64,000 nucleotides of DNA from a cyanobacterium endosymbiont of Rhopalodia gibba (GTDB lineage Bacteria > Cyanobacteriota > Cyanobacteriia > Cyanobacteriales > Microcystaceae): assembly GCA_045159875.1 (NCBI GenBank), contig CP067995.1, forward strand, positions 2,560,001 through 2,624,000. The letters are read 5' to 3'. Both the position numbers and the translations under genes were made by a program. Under the pieces are notes generated by a model, which did not search any database, had not been told where the DNA came from, and saw only the letters and a program-made list of their open reading frames with translations. Shown in pieces: positions 1 through 10,980 of the stretch. Positions within the stretch are counted from its first letter, which is position 1, and each line of letters begins with the position of its first letter.

Positions 1-596
1 CGTTCAGCCACAGCTCCTGAAACAATAATAGCGGTAGTTGTGGCAAATGCTGCTTGGAACAAAAAGGCAACTGAAATAGGCAGTCCAGTCGGAAACGGAT
101 CAAGTCCATAAGTTGCAGGATTATCACTACTTAAAAACCAACCGCCACCTCCGATAATGGGGTTGTCAGGACTACCAAACATCAGAGAAAATCCGATTGC
201 CCAATAAGCGAGGATTGCTAAGACTAAGACAATCAAATTTTTTGAGAGGATGTTGACGGCATTTTTCTGACGACAGAAACCTGTTTCGAGCATCCCGAAA
301 CCTGTATTCATGCAAATAACCAAAATAGCGGCAATTAACACCCAAATAGCATTGAGAGTTCCCTGAAGGGTTGCTATATTAGCATTGATGTTTTCAATAG
401 CAATTTCGGTAATTTCTGCATCTTGTGCGGCTGTTGCTCCATGCCAAACAATGACAATAATGGCAGTTAAGGGGATACAAGCCAACCAGTAGAGGGAAAA
501 AAGATGGGCAGTAAATTTAAATGATTTCCAATCGGACACATCCCATAAACAAGAAGAAGTCTTAGAAACGGCTTTAATCATTCTTATTGATCGCAT
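1..596 (-). CDS. amt1: Ammonium transporter (Amt family), 5' part; runs off the window start
   Basis: Manual translation of the minus strand from ATG at 596 is open to position 1: ...[15 protein letters not shown]...[43 protein letters not shown]...[22 protein letters not shown]. Not in the supplied ORF track. Confidence 0.92.
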   Translation of the reverse strand, partial: MRSIRMIKAVSKTSSCLWDVSDWKSFKFTAHLFSLYWLACIPLTAIIVIVWHGATAAQDAEITEIAIENINANIATLQGTLNAIWVLIAAILVICMNTGFGMLETGFCRQKNAVNILSKNLIVLVLAILAYWAIGFSLMFGSPDNPIIGGGGWFLSSDNPATYGLDPFPTGLPISVAFLFQAAFATTTAIIVSGAVAE

Positions 597-833
597 TTTT
601 AATATTCGATGAGACGTCTCATTGAGACAAGTTGACTCTATCTATGTCGGATATGATAGCGAGATTATTTAATAAAATCCGTAAATGTTTGTGTGTTATT
701 ACTGCCCGCCCTGTTTTTGTCCTCATTATTGACTGTTAATGTAGTAATTCATAAAAAGGGATTACCACATTAAAAACCACATTTATACTTGGTAAATCTC
801 AAAGTTTTTATAATTTTTTACCCTAACGAAATC

Positions 834-1928
834 ATGAATCAGTTAGATTTTGACCAAAAAATAATGCAGCGATGTTTGCAATTAGCCCAGCAAGGATCAG
901 GAAAAACTTCTCCTAATCCTTTAGTAGGAGCAGTGATTGTCCAAAATTGGGAAATAGTCGGGGAAGGTTTTCATCCCAAAGCTGGAGCTTCTCATGCCGA
1001 GATTTTTGCCCTACGAAATGCCCAGGAAAAAGCAAAAGAAGCGACAGTTTATGTTAACCTCGAACCCTGCAATCATTATGGTCGGACTCCTCCATGTACA
1101 GAGGCTTTGATTAAAGCAGGGGTTAAAAAAGTAGTTATCGGTATGGTTGACCCTAATCCCTTAGTTTCAGGAAAAGGGGTAGAACAACTCAAACAAAGTG
1201 GAATTGAGGTGGTGATTGGAGTAGAAGAAGCCGCATGTCGTCAGTTAAATGAAGCCTTTATTCATCGTGTTTTACACCAAAAACCCTTAGGAATTTTAAA
1301 GTATGCTATGACCCTTGATGGTAAAATCGCTGCGACTACAGGTGATAGTACTTGGGTAACAGGAAAATCATCACGTCGGTTAGTCCATCAAGTTAGAGCA
1401 GCTTGTGATGCAGTAGTAGTTGGTGGCAACACAGTTCGACAAGATAACCCTCATTTAACTACCCATCAGGTGGTAGGCTCTAATCCTTTACGGGTGGTAA
1501 TGAGTCGTAGTCTTGATTTACCCCTTCAAGCAAATCTTTGGCAAACAGATATTGCCCCTACATTAGTTTTTACAGAAACAAATAGTAATCCCACGTTTCA
1601 GGAAAAATTAGGTCATCAAGGGGTCGAAGTAATAGAATTGACTTCCTTGACTCCATTGGAGGTGATGAAAGTTCTTTATCAAAAAGAATTATCCAGTGTT
1701 TTATGGGAATGTGGAGGGACATTAGCAGCACAAGCGATCGCTGATGGGGTGATTCGAAAAATTATGGCTTTTATTGCTCCTAAAATTATTGGCGGTTTAA
1801 CAGCCCCTTCACCTATAGGAGAGTTAGGATTGAAACAGATGACTGAAGCGTTAGAAATACAAAGAATTACTTTAAGTCAAATTGATCAAGATATTTTAGT
1901 TGAAGGATATTTATCAATTGTGAATTAA
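834..1928 (+). CDS. ribD: Bifunctional diaminohydroxyphosphoribosylaminopyrimidine deaminase/reductase (riboflavin biosynthesis)
   Basis: Motifs PNPLVGAVIV, HAE, LEPCNHYGRTPPC, KYAMTLDGKIA; ATG at 834 preferred over TTG at 789. Confidence 0.96.
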   Translation: MNQLDFDQKIMQRCLQLAQQGSGKTSPNPLVGAVIVQNWEIVGEGFHPKAGASHAEIFALRNAQEKAKEATVYVNLEPCNHYGRTPPCTEALIKAGVKKVVIGMVDPNPLVSGKGVEQLKQSGIEVVIGVEEAACRQLNEAFIHRVLHQKPLGILKYAMTLDGKIAATTGDSTWVTGKSSRRLVHQVRAACDAVVVGGNTVRQDNPHLTTHQVVGSNPLRVVMSRSLDLPLQANLWQTDIAPTLVFTETNSNPTFQEKLGHQGVEVIELTSLTPLEVMKVLYQKELSSVLWECGGTLAAQAIADGVIRKIMAFIAPKIIGGLTAPSPIGELGLKQMTEALEIQRITLSQIDQDILVEGYLSIVN

Positions 1929-2184
1929 TAATTTAGCATTACAGCTCTTTTAAACTGAGTATGGTCAGTTGGTAACTGATAACTTTCAAAACTTTTATTC
2001 CAGCTATATTCTATAATGTTGTAATAGACAGTACGAAAAGAATATAATGATTTGATTGGGTTTAAATTTTTTGAGTCTGTGTTCGTCAATTTTCTACACA
2101 GTCTAAGATATTAATAATATGCCTGATGAGGACTCTTAAAAAAGTTAATTATTGATAAATATTTGTAAGTTATACTCCTCATTT

Positions 2185-2229
2185 TATTGACCGTTTATTC
2201 ACTATTTTATAGTGAATAAACGGTCAATA
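2185..2229. repeat. Perfect inverted repeat, 21-bp arms, 3-nt loop
   Basis: tattgaccgtttattcactat-ttt-atagtgaataaacggtcaata. Confidence 0.95.
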
Positions 2230-2288
2230 GGCTTTAAAAAATAGTCATAAAACCTAGAATATGTCATTATTTTATCCTTACTCATGTG

Positions 2289-2336
2289 GTTATTTTTAAG
2301 GCATTTTTAACTAGTTAAAAATGCCTTAAAAATAAC
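2289..2336. repeat. Perfect 48-bp palindrome, no loop
   Basis: gttatttttaaggcatttttaact|agttaaaaatgccttaaaaataac. Confidence 0.95.
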
Positions 2337-2406
2337 ATTGACAATGTGAGTTCAACAACTATACCTAAATTAATTATTGAGATTATCTCTCTTGATTGAC
2401 TTAATT

Positions 2407-2448
2407 AGGAGAAAAATAGAGCTTCAATTCAAGCTCTATTTTTCTCCT
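2407..2448. repeat. Perfect inverted repeat, 18-bp arms, 6-nt loop
   Basis: aggagaaaaatagagctt-caattc-aagctctatttttctcct. Confidence 0.95.
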
Positions 2449-2779
2449 GGTATTCAGGCTCAATGTTTTTTATCTACTATAGATAATAGTTTATGAGTTT
2501 CAAAAAATGAGCAGTTCTCAAAAGCTAAAATAGATTCTTCAAACTAATTTAATTGATGGGACTGCATATGATAGTTAGGATTTTCATGAAGTCACAAGAC
2601 TTTATAAAACGACACCACTGTTTAGCCTAGAATGCTAGAATATTCTTTTCCGCGGCTAAATTATCTCTTTTAAAGAGATATCGTTTACTATTGTTTTTTC
2701 TGAAAAAAATTTAACTTAATTAAAGAAAAGAATACTAAAGATAGCAACTAAAAGTCATTCTAGATAAAGGGATGCCTGG

Positions 2780-3237
2780 CCTGGTTAAGTTCAACAGGTT
2801 AACGATTGAGATTATAGTTGCTTTCCATAAATTTCTCTTGTCGTTGAGCAAACCGTATAGCAGAGATACCGCCAATGAAGAAGACTGTAGAAACATCTAA
2901 CAGGTGAACGGACAACCATCTCACGGTAAAAGGGTGTTTTTCTGAATTTAGCTATCAACAGCCTCACAAAGCTTAGATGTTCTCGTTTATTGAACTTGTT
3001 CTAGAATTAACTCCCCCAATAGAGCAGTCAAAAGTACTTCTTTGTCCACAAAAGAATTGTATAGGATTTGTTCGGAAACACGAGCTACCTTGGCTCTTCT
3101 CTCCACACTTGTGCCGGTATACCCATTTTCGGAAAATTATGGAAAAGCTCTCTGTAAAATTTATTGCGCTTTAACTGGATAACGGAAGGATGGAAGTGGG
3201 GAGAAACATAACTAAAATACGGACTGGACCGTACCAT
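2780..3237 (-). pseudogene. TetR/AcrR-family regulator relic
   Basis: Minus strand reads *FSENGYTGTSVERRAKVARVSEQILYNSFVDKEVLLTALLGELILEQVQ*, a degenerate TetR HTH (GYxxTSMDxVAxxAGVSKQTLYxxFxDKE) flanked by stops and frameshifts. Confidence 0.7.
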
Positions 3238-3375
3238 ATTTGTTACCCTACGAGTAGGTTGTTAAAAATACTTAATTAAAAATTTCCTCTCTATCCTTAG
3301 CAAATTAAAAATTAATATGAGACAATGTGCATTTGTGTGTTAGATTAAATAACCACCTATTTGCTAAGATAGACT

Positions 3376-3570
3376 ATGGCTGCTAAAAAAGGAGTACGCA
3401 TTGTCATTACCTTGGAGTGTACTGAGTGTCGGACAAACACAGACAAACGCTCACCAGGGGTTTCTCGCTATACCACCAGCAAGAATCGCCGTAACACCAC
3501 AGCGAGAATGGAAATTAAGAAGTTCTGTCCCCACTGTAATGCTCACACTATACATAAGGAAATTAAATAG
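3376..3570 (+). CDS. rpmG: 50S ribosomal protein L33
   Basis: [14 protein letters not shown]...[11 protein letters not shown]...[17 protein letters not shown]. Confidence 0.98.
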   Translation: MAAKKGVRIVITLECTECRTNTDKRSPGVSRYTTSKNRRNTTARMEIKKFCPHCNAHTIHKEIK

Positions 3571-3613
3571 TCATCGGTCGCCGTAAAGTTTGTAAACAGT
3601 TAAACCAACAAAT

Positions 3614-3829
3614 ATGAGTTACTATCGTAAGCGTCTTTCTCCCGTCCCTCCGAGTCAACCCATTGACTATAAAGACACAGAACTCCTAAGAAAGTTCATC
3701 ACAGAACGGGGAAAAATTTTACCTCGACGGATTACAGGGTTGACGGCTAAACAACAACGGGACTTAACGACTGCTGTCAAAAGAGCTAGACTTATCGCTT
3801 TGTTACCTTTCGTAAACAAAGAAGCATAA
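3614..3829 (+). CDS. rpsR: 30S ribosomal protein S18
   Basis: [26 protein letters not shown]; follows rpmG. Confidence 0.98.
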   Translation: MSYYRKRLSPVPPSQPIDYKDTELLRKFITERGKILPRRITGLTAKQQRDLTTAVKRARLIALLPFVNKEA

Positions 3830-4128
3830 GGTTGAAGCCATCACTCAAAACCTTATTACTTAAGCAAGAGATGGAGTGAGGCTTGGTCTTCGTTCTACCG
3901 AATACCGAATGAAGTCAGTAAACTTGAGGAAGTAAACTTGAGTACAATTAAGCGTAACAAAAAAGTTCAAGAGATTCTCCCACAGATAGTAACTATCAGT
4001 AATTCCGTTAATGTTAACTTTGAGATTAAAAGTCATACATAATCTAAAACCGTAGAGCTAGACTGAATAGTAAAAGCACGGGACTCCTAAATCAAGGAGT
4101 GATGTTAATAATCAAGGCAGCAAAGCGG

Positions 4129-6144
4129 GTGGAAAAAGGAAAGCTTATTGAATTTAAGGTACAGGGGGAACGTCGTATTGCCGTCGTTGACCGCCCAGAA
4201 GGAAAAAAAGATTGGATGGTCATTGATGTTGAAGGTCAATCCCACAAAATTCGACCTCAACGGGTAGAATACGAAGTAAATGGAGGATCCTACACAATCG
4301 AAGATATTTCCCAGTTTTTACAAAAAGCTGAACCCTACCTTGACTCCTCTAGTTTAGAAGTGGCTTGGGAGTTGTTAGTGGAAAATGGACAGAGTGTGAC
4401 TCCTTCTGAAATGGCGCAATTGCTGTTTTCTGCAGCTTCTCCAGTTCACTGTTATGCAGCTCACAGTTTGTTATGTGACGATAAAATTTACTTTAAGAAA
4501 AAAGGGGATAGTTACGAGCCGAGAAGCAGTGGTCAAGTTGAAGAAATAAAACATCAACTAGAGGTTAAACAACAACGTCAGCAAGAAAAAGAAGTATTCT
4601 TTACTAACATAAAAAAAGCTCTGGCAGGGCGGAAAGTTGATTGGACAGAAAGTGATCGTAATCGGTTGGAAATGTTAGAACGCTTAGTTTTGCAGCCGGA
4701 ACAAACCAATCGTAATTCTCAAGAAATATTGGATGAAATTGGACGATCTCCTACTCCTGAAGCGGCCTTTGAATTGTTAGTAGAATTAGGATGCTGGAGT
4801 CGCAACGAAAACCTATTTCTACGGCGTAGTTCTTATCCGATTCAATTTTCTAAAAAGGTACTTGACGTGGTGCAATTCTATTTAGAAAACCCTCCTCCTG
4901 ATCGAGACAATGATCGCCTTGATTTAACTCATCTCAAAGTGTATACCATCGATGATGAAAGTACTGAAGAAATTGATGACGGGTTAAGTGTAGAATTCTT
5001 AGAGGATGATCAAATCAAACTCTGGATTCATATCGCTGATCCAACTCGTCTAGTGACCCCAGGAGACGAATTGGATTTGGAAGCGCGGAGACGAAGTACC
5101 ACCCTCTATTTACCTACGGGCATGATTTCTATGTTTCCGATAGAATTGGCAACTGGACCAATGAGTTTACGCCAGGGTAAAATCTGTCCTGCCTTGAGTT
5201 TTGGCGTGATTTTAGATGATAAAGGGGCGGTTCTTGATTATTCGATCCACACCAGTTTAATTAAACCAACCTATCGCCTCACGTATCATGATGTAGATGA
5301 GATGTTCCACTTAGCCATCAAAGCTGAACCAGAGATCCCTATCCTAGCTGACGCTTCCAAGCAGCGACACCGATGGCGGAAGTCTCAAGGATCGATTACT
5401 ATCAAGATGCCAGAGGCAGTCATTAAAGTTAAATCCGAAGATGATATTGTAATCGAACTGATTGATAGTTCAAGAGCAAGACAATTAGTGGCGGAAATGA
5501 TGATTTTGGCCGGGGAAGTAGCTGGGCGTTATTGTAAAGAACACAGTTTACCAGTTCCGTTTAGGGGACAGCCTCAACCAGAATTACCCTCAGAAGAAGA
5601 ATTACTCTTATTACCTCCAGGACCTGTGAGGGCTTGTGCTTTGCGCCGTTGTATGCCTCGTAGTGAGATAGGAACTTTACCTAATAGACATGCAAGTCTA
5701 GGTTTAGATACTTATACTCAAGTGACCTCACCCATTCGCCGTTATACGGATTTGTTAACTCATTTTCAACTTAAGGCACATTTACGGGGCGAACCTTTTC
5801 CATTCCCCCTTGATGTTATGCAACAGATTATTTATAGCGTGACTTTATCAGCTCAAGAGGCGACGTTGGTAGAACGACAAACTAATCGTTATTGGGGATT
5901 AGAGTTTTTGCGGCGTAATGCCGATCAAATTTGGCAAGGAGTAGTTTTGCGTTGGTTGCGAGAAGATGAAAATTTAGGAATCTTGCTACTCGAAGAATTA
6001 GGATTGGAATTGCCTCACCGCTTTGAAAAGGCTGTGTCTTTGGGTGATCGTTTGTTGGTTCAGGTTAGTCGTTCTGATCCTCATCGTGATGAGATTCGCT
6101 TTCGAGAGATGCCTAAACATGAAGTCCAATCAAGTATGATTTAA
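4129..6144 (+). CDS. rnb: Ribonuclease II/RNase R family exoribonuclease (RNB domain)
   Basis: TIDDESTEEIDDGLS, HIADPT, VAEMMILA, YTQVTSPIRRYTDL; start probably GTG at 4129 (ORF track gives 4099). Confidence 0.92.
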   Translation: MEKGKLIEFKVQGERRIAVVDRPEGKKDWMVIDVEGQSHKIRPQRVEYEVNGGSYTIEDISQFLQKAEPYLDSSSLEVAWELLVENGQSVTPSEMAQLLFSAASPVHCYAAHSLLCDDKIYFKKKGDSYEPRSSGQVEEIKHQLEVKQQRQQEKEVFFTNIKKALAGRKVDWTESDRNRLEMLERLVLQPEQTNRNSQEILDEIGRSPTPEAAFELLVELGCWSRNENLFLRRSSYPIQFSKKVLDVVQFYLENPPPDRDNDRLDLTHLKVYTIDDESTEEIDDGLSVEFLEDDQIKLWIHIADPTRLVTPGDELDLEARRRSTTLYLPTGMISMFPIELATGPMSLRQGKICPALSFGVILDDKGAVLDYSIHTSLIKPTYRLTYHDVDEMFHLAIKAEPEIPILADASKQRHRWRKSQGSITIKMPEAVIKVKSEDDIVIELIDSSRARQLVAEMMILAGEVAGRYCKEHSLPVPFRGQPQPELPSEEELLLLPPGPVRACALRRCMPRSEIGTLPNRHASLGLDTYTQVTSPIRRYTDLLTHFQLKAHLRGEPFPFPLDVMQQIIYSVTLSAQEATLVERQTNRYWGLEFLRRNADQIWQGVVLRWLREDENLGILLLEELGLELPHRFEKAVSLGDRLLVQVSRSDPHRDEIRFREMPKHEVQSSMI

Positions 6145-6509
6145 AATAGCTGCAACAATTCAACTTCATCTGAGTAAAATTGTTAGTTTAGATAGAAATT
6201 ATTTTGGTTTTTATAGAAGACTGATTCAAGTGCTAGAAGTATATGATTTTCTTTTGTTTTATTTTATGTTATTAGACATTTTTAGATAAAAAATCGTTAT
6301 AAATTAGTTATTTAATTACTCTTGATATTCTTGTTTATTTTCGTCTGATTCGTTTTTTTAAAACTAAAATGTTTAAACTCTCTTTAGATACAGAAGTTAT
6401 TTCATAATTAGATTAGTTATGATATCAAGATTGATATACAGAAATAATTAAGAAAATGTAATAATAGTTACATCTATTATGTAATAATTGACAAGTTTAT
6501 AAAGCTAAA

Positions 6510-6724
6510 AAACTAAAATAAAGGTGCAAACTAAGGCTAACTATAACCCTAAACAATAAAAGACAAAAAATATGTTGTCTTTACTAAAATCCTCGCCAAT
6601 TGATGGTAAAATAAATCAAGAATTGATTGAGCTGTTAGCGAACAAGTTTAAAGTTGCTAGATTCAGAAATAATCGTTAAATAGAGAATATCCTCTCGGAA
6701 GAAATTAATTGATATAAAATAATA
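6510..6724 (+). pseudogene. YggU/DUF167 family relic
   Basis: Reads LKSSPIDGKINQELIELLANKFKVA, then a frameshift to EIIVK*RISSRKKLIDI; matches the PPVDGKAN...SRxKxxxI pattern. Confidence 0.75.
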
Positions 6725-6799
6725 ATCAAAAAATATTGTCTGTTCCTGAGCTTTAGGATAGAAAGACAAAATTTGATAGTGAGAAATTAAATTCTAGTA

Positions 6800-7499
6800 A
6801 TAAGTCAGATATTTTAAATGGGTTTAGGAATCAGTATTTATCTCAGTTTAATAAGAACGAATCCAGTGATCACTCAAGGAACTATAGTTAAAACCTTAAC
6901 CGTTAACCGTTGTCAGATAGGGAATAGAAAGAATTTTTAACGCTTTGACTTACATTCGACTAAAGATAGAAATTTAAGGAAGTTAAAGAAAAAGTGGCTA
7001 AGTGAACTCAACGGGTAGTGGACTTGCTGAAATTGCGCAACGTACAACGACTCCAAACTATCGGACCACAATTACAACCTAACTATAAAATATTAGGATA
7101 ATCAGTAAATATAGTTTTTTTTCGAATAAATAATGTAATTGTTTCTGATCACAGAACAAGTGAGAACATAATTTAGAGAAAACGGTGAAATTAGGAGTAA
7201 CTCGTAATTGATGGAGTCAGTTTTACAGCCACCCAATCAGCGATCGCGGTGGCTCCAAAAGAAGCTTTCTCTCAAGCTACAGAAAACTCACAGCAACAAG
7301 TACAAGCAGTTTTACAAGTCCTGAACTAGACTACGAGGGAATCGTTAGGATTAGAATTGATGGAACTAATGTTCCCTGTTCTAGATTATTGCAAACTGAA
7401 TGGCGTTCAGCAAGAGCCTCTGATGCTAGTATGCCAATGATTGGGGCAAAACAGACCGTAAGGGGTAAGGGCTTCTGTTACTCTACAAATAGCCACTAA
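6800..7499 (+). pseudogene. SIMPL (DUF541) domain protein relic
   Basis: Fragments KTLTV, EKVAK*TQRVVDLLKLRNVQRLQTIGPQLQPNY, IDGVSFTATQSAIAVAPKEAFSQATENSQQQVQAVLQVLN*, MIGAKQTVR..ASVTLQIA, with stops and frameshifts. Confidence 0.75.
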
Positions 7500-7533
7500 C
7501 CATTTAACCAACTAACTGTTTAGGAAACATCAA

Positions 7534-8190
7534 ATGACAAATTACACAATAACGATTACCGAAGCCAGAGAATTATTTCGTGCTGCTTATAACAATCGCT
7601 ACACTTGGGATAGAAATTTTCCAGGGTATACAGCAGATGTGATTTATCAACGAAAAGATAAGATTTTTACTGGTAAAGTTCGAGTTAATCAGAATCTCAG
7701 TGCTGAGGTTTTAAATGTTGATGAGCTTGAAATCAAAAAAGAACTTCATCATCAACTGTGGGAAATTGCCATTCATCGTATTCGTCGAGCCTTTGAAGAC
7801 ACTCACGGACAGAATACCTTTACGTATGGGGGAATAGATGATACTGGTGCAGTAGAACTCCTTGTCGGTGGTAAGTCCGAAGGAAATAGTTACAAAGTTC
7901 GTAATAATGAAGTATGTTATGTTCGTCGCCATATTCATAGCGTAGTCGTCACTATCAATACCTTTAGTAGCCATAACACAGGAGAGGGCTATTTGTCTCA
8001 CCGTTATGATTCTGTTTACCACAATTCTAAAACTGGAGAACTTAAAGGTGAGACAAATAGTTTCGAGGATAATTATGAAAAAGTAGGGAAATATTATATT
8101 CTTGCCAGTCGTATTATCCAAACTAAAGAACAAAAACAGATAACAACCGAAGTATTTAACTTTTCTAATATTCAGTTATTATCAGTCTAA
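7534..8190 (+). CDS. DUF3386 family protein
   Basis: ARELFRAAYNNRYTWDRNFPGY...IHRIRRAFEDTHG; conserved cyanobacterial family. Confidence 0.85.
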   Translation: MTNYTITITEARELFRAAYNNRYTWDRNFPGYTADVIYQRKDKIFTGKVRVNQNLSAEVLNVDELEIKKELHHQLWEIAIHRIRRAFEDTHGQNTFTYGGIDDTGAVELLVGGKSEGNSYKVRNNEVCYVRRHIHSVVVTINTFSSHNTGEGYLSHRYDSVYHNSKTGELKGETNSFEDNYEKVGKYYILASRIIQTKEQKQITTEVFNFSNIQLLSV

Positions 8191-8246
8191 TAATTAGATT
8201 TGTATCCTTAACTTTAATATCGCGATAGACATATATTATAAAACCC

Positions 8247-8271
8247 AACCTTAGCCATTGGTGCTAAGGTT
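8247..8271 (+). terminator. Possible terminator hairpin downstream of the DUF3386 gene
   Basis: aaccttagc-cattggt-gctaaggtt, 56 nt after the stop. Confidence 0.4.
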
Positions 8272-9389
8272 AGGAGTTTATGAGAAATCCTCAAAATTTT
8301 AAGTGCTAATCTAAATGCAATATAACACTAGACTAATACATAAGTACTTTAGTTTTTATAAAGAATATATAGGTAAATTTAAATAAATCTGAATATAAAA
8401 ACACAGTTAAAAAAGAATGATTTTTATTTCCTGTTTATCTTAACTATTTTTAGCTAGAAATATAAAGTATAGTGACTAGTTTTTAAAAAATTTAATACCC
8501 TAATTGTTTGATGTTTTTATTATATTTTTTAAATCTCTTTTTATCGTTAATTTCTTCTATAAAGTACCTGCAAAATTGACAAAAATAACTCGACTATTTG
8601 ATTGTTTTTTTAAATTAGAAAACTCTACTAAAAATTTTACATTGTTCTATATCTATTTTTTCGATAAAACTACATAAGTAGATTTAATAGAAGAGAGTTA
8701 CATTCAATAAAAGTTCATGAAATTACTAAAAAATATTTAAAAATTAATATAATTTAGCCAATAAAGTTAAATGAAGAATTTTCAAAAAACAATATTAACT
8801 TAACCCTAGTTATTTAACTATAAAGATACAATTTTTTTTGACATTCAAACTATAACTAATTAATATTTAGTTTGTTCCCAGTAATATTTAGTATATAAAT
8901 AACATTAAAAGCAATTATTGTCATAGGTTTTTGTTTTTTTATAAAAAAATCTTAATCAAGATTGTCTAACTCAAGTTTTCAATTTTGGGTTAACAGGGAC
9001 TTTATTTTATTTTAACTTAGCGATAAGCAACAGTTTAAATACTGCTATAGCCTAGCATAGCTGTTTCCCTTTGAATAGAATAAGTAGCCAGAAACATTTA
9101 ATTAACCCGTTTTTGAGCTTCAACAACAAAAGATAGTTTTGATATTCTTAGTTCAAGGATTTTTAAAAAATTCTTTAGCTTATCCAATGAAATAACCTAG
9201 TATTTTTTGTTAATCCATAATAGTTTCTTTGTTAATACATAATCAAACTGCTCATAGTTAATGCATGTAAGTAACCAATGAATTAAGCCTATAATCCCAA
9301 TATTCCCACATTCCTAAAAATTTGCTATAGACTATCTGGGACTCTCTGTTCGCTTGTAGTTCCAAACGGTGATTTAGGTTTAACCAAAT

Positions 9390-9425
9390 AACATGAGGGG
9401 CGAATGGCTATTCACCCCTCATGTT
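9390..9425. repeat. GC-rich cyanobacterial REP-like palindromic element
   Basis: aacatgaggggcgaat-ggct-attcacccctcatgtt (1 mismatch); resembles the GGGGCGAA..TTCGCCCC short dispersed repeats of cyanobacteria. Confidence 0.6.
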
Positions 9426-9640
9426 CTTATCAATCAGCAGTAATGGCTAAAACTGGACAGGAAATATTAAAAGTTTAAATGATTTCCTTTCAATTTATGT
9501 TATCACACTACCTATTTAAAATCAGGAAATAGAGAAAAACAAACATGTCCTCTTGAGAAACTATCACCTGTTTTCTGTTGACTAATTACCTAGTCGATAA
9601 TGCCATAACTCAAAAAGGTTGCTTACTTTTGCAATTTAGC

Positions 9641-9898
9641 TTATGAGAAGAACCCTGGAACCCTTCCAGCCGATGCAGCGCCATCCTTCTGAGAAAGGAT
9701 CACGGCACTGATTTGATCGCTCATCACAGCGACTTTCTTCTCCGTTTGTTTTTCGCAAGTTAATTCAATTAACTCAGAAGTTTCGGAGCGCATAGCAGAA
9801 ATAATTTTCTCATATAGAGAGTCAGCATCTTCTGTCTCTTTGCGCTGGACGGAAATAAGGATAGACGTATATTTTAGGGTCAGGTCAATGCTAATCAT
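9641..9898 (-). CDS. Small conserved cyanobacterial hypothetical protein
   Basis: 85 aa, coding-like GC; SVQRK..EDA..LY..I..AM...LIELTCEKQ..KKVAV...GRVPGF pattern. Confidence 0.75.
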   Translation of the reverse strand: MISIDLTLKYTSILISVQRKETEDADSLYEKIISAMRSETSELIELTCEKQTEKKVAVMSDQISAVILSQKDGAASAGRVPGFFS

Positions 9899-10980
9899 GA
9901 ATGATCTTAACTACAGAGGTGTCCTTTTGATTATCTGACAGAATTTATCTTTCTCTTCAGAACCAACAGCTAAGGAAAAATCTTAATCTTTTATTAAAAC
10001 TCTAGATGGAAAGCTATGATGCTTTATTCCAGAGGGGTATAACTCAAGAAAAGTCAAAATAGAAAAGTAAAAATTTCTCACAATTCTCTGAGTATTATGA
10101 ACTTAGGAGTCTTCAAAGCAGAAGTTGAGATAACTCTTTAATAAGGATTTGGAGATTTATACAATAATCATTGTAGTCAGACGCGTCTCTCTGTGAGAAT
10201 AGTTTAAAACTTTCCGTTTAGTCAGTATTCATCTTTACAATCCCATTGCTTTCTCTGCTCCTGTTACAGTATTCGTCAGTGTATTCTTTGGAACTGTAGG
10301 ATTCTTCGCTTTATTCTCTTCCTTCAAAGGTTCCACATTCCACAACTGGATTCTCAAGCCCCTTCCACATGATAGGAGTCGTTGAGTTATCAGTGGTGTC
10401 TTATCATGTGCCATCTACGGTGTCACCCTCGAAAACATCCTGTTTGAAATTTAAAAATGGAAAACAAGCAAATTCTTCACTGTGTATTTGAATAGACCAA
10501 ATCTTAATTGCTTTATCCAGATTATACTTCTTCATGCTATCTATTTCTGTAAATGAACTCTGGATGAGTTTTTTGGACATTGTTGCTCTAGCTTTAAACC
10601 TACGACTTATGATTTTGTTTCTCAAGAATTTGCTCCATTGTAATTTTAATGTTTTTAACTTCACCTCTTCCCAAACAAAAATAATATCTTTTTTCTCAAA
10701 ATGAATACCGTCAATTGATAGGTAGAATGAAAATATAGAAATGATATAAATCACCAAATAATAAATACTTCGATAAGATTGGGACTATATTTTATGTCAG
10801 AAGTGTCACATATGAGTAAATACCACTTACAGCATAGAGATCCTACTTCCTTTTCCTTTCCTGACTTTCCGTCACTTAAGTACTTCTGTCTCGGTTAATA
10901 TCTTGTGTATAATTAATTACCTGGGTACAGCAGATTAGGACAAACAACCGCTCTACACCTCATCTAAATTCACAAAATCT

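Noticed and set aside
741..754. NtcA-like box GTA-N8-TAA upstream of amt1
   Set aside because: One mismatch to GTA-N8-TAC and no -10 box at the canonical spacing; may be a decayed site but cannot be supported
2185..2448. CRISPR array or REP/MITE interpretation of the clustered hairpins
   Set aside because: The hairpins share no sequence, have no regular spacing or target-site duplications, and there are no cas genes
2977..3174. 65-aa plus-strand ORF
   Set aside because: Antisense shadow of the TetR relic; no recognisable motif
3401..3586. 61-aa ORF overlapping rpmG
   Set aside because: Alternative frame of a ribosomal protein gene
7711..8133. 140-aa minus-strand ORF
   Set aside because: Antisense to the DUF3386 gene; the same applies to ORFs at 14521, 15192, 19005, 19108, 19138, 26831, 41989, 50770 and 51484, which are antisense or alternative-frame overlaps of real genes
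10404..10757. 117-aa minus-strand ORF
   Set aside because: TTG start, AT-rich, no recognisable family; probably a fragment of a decayed gene
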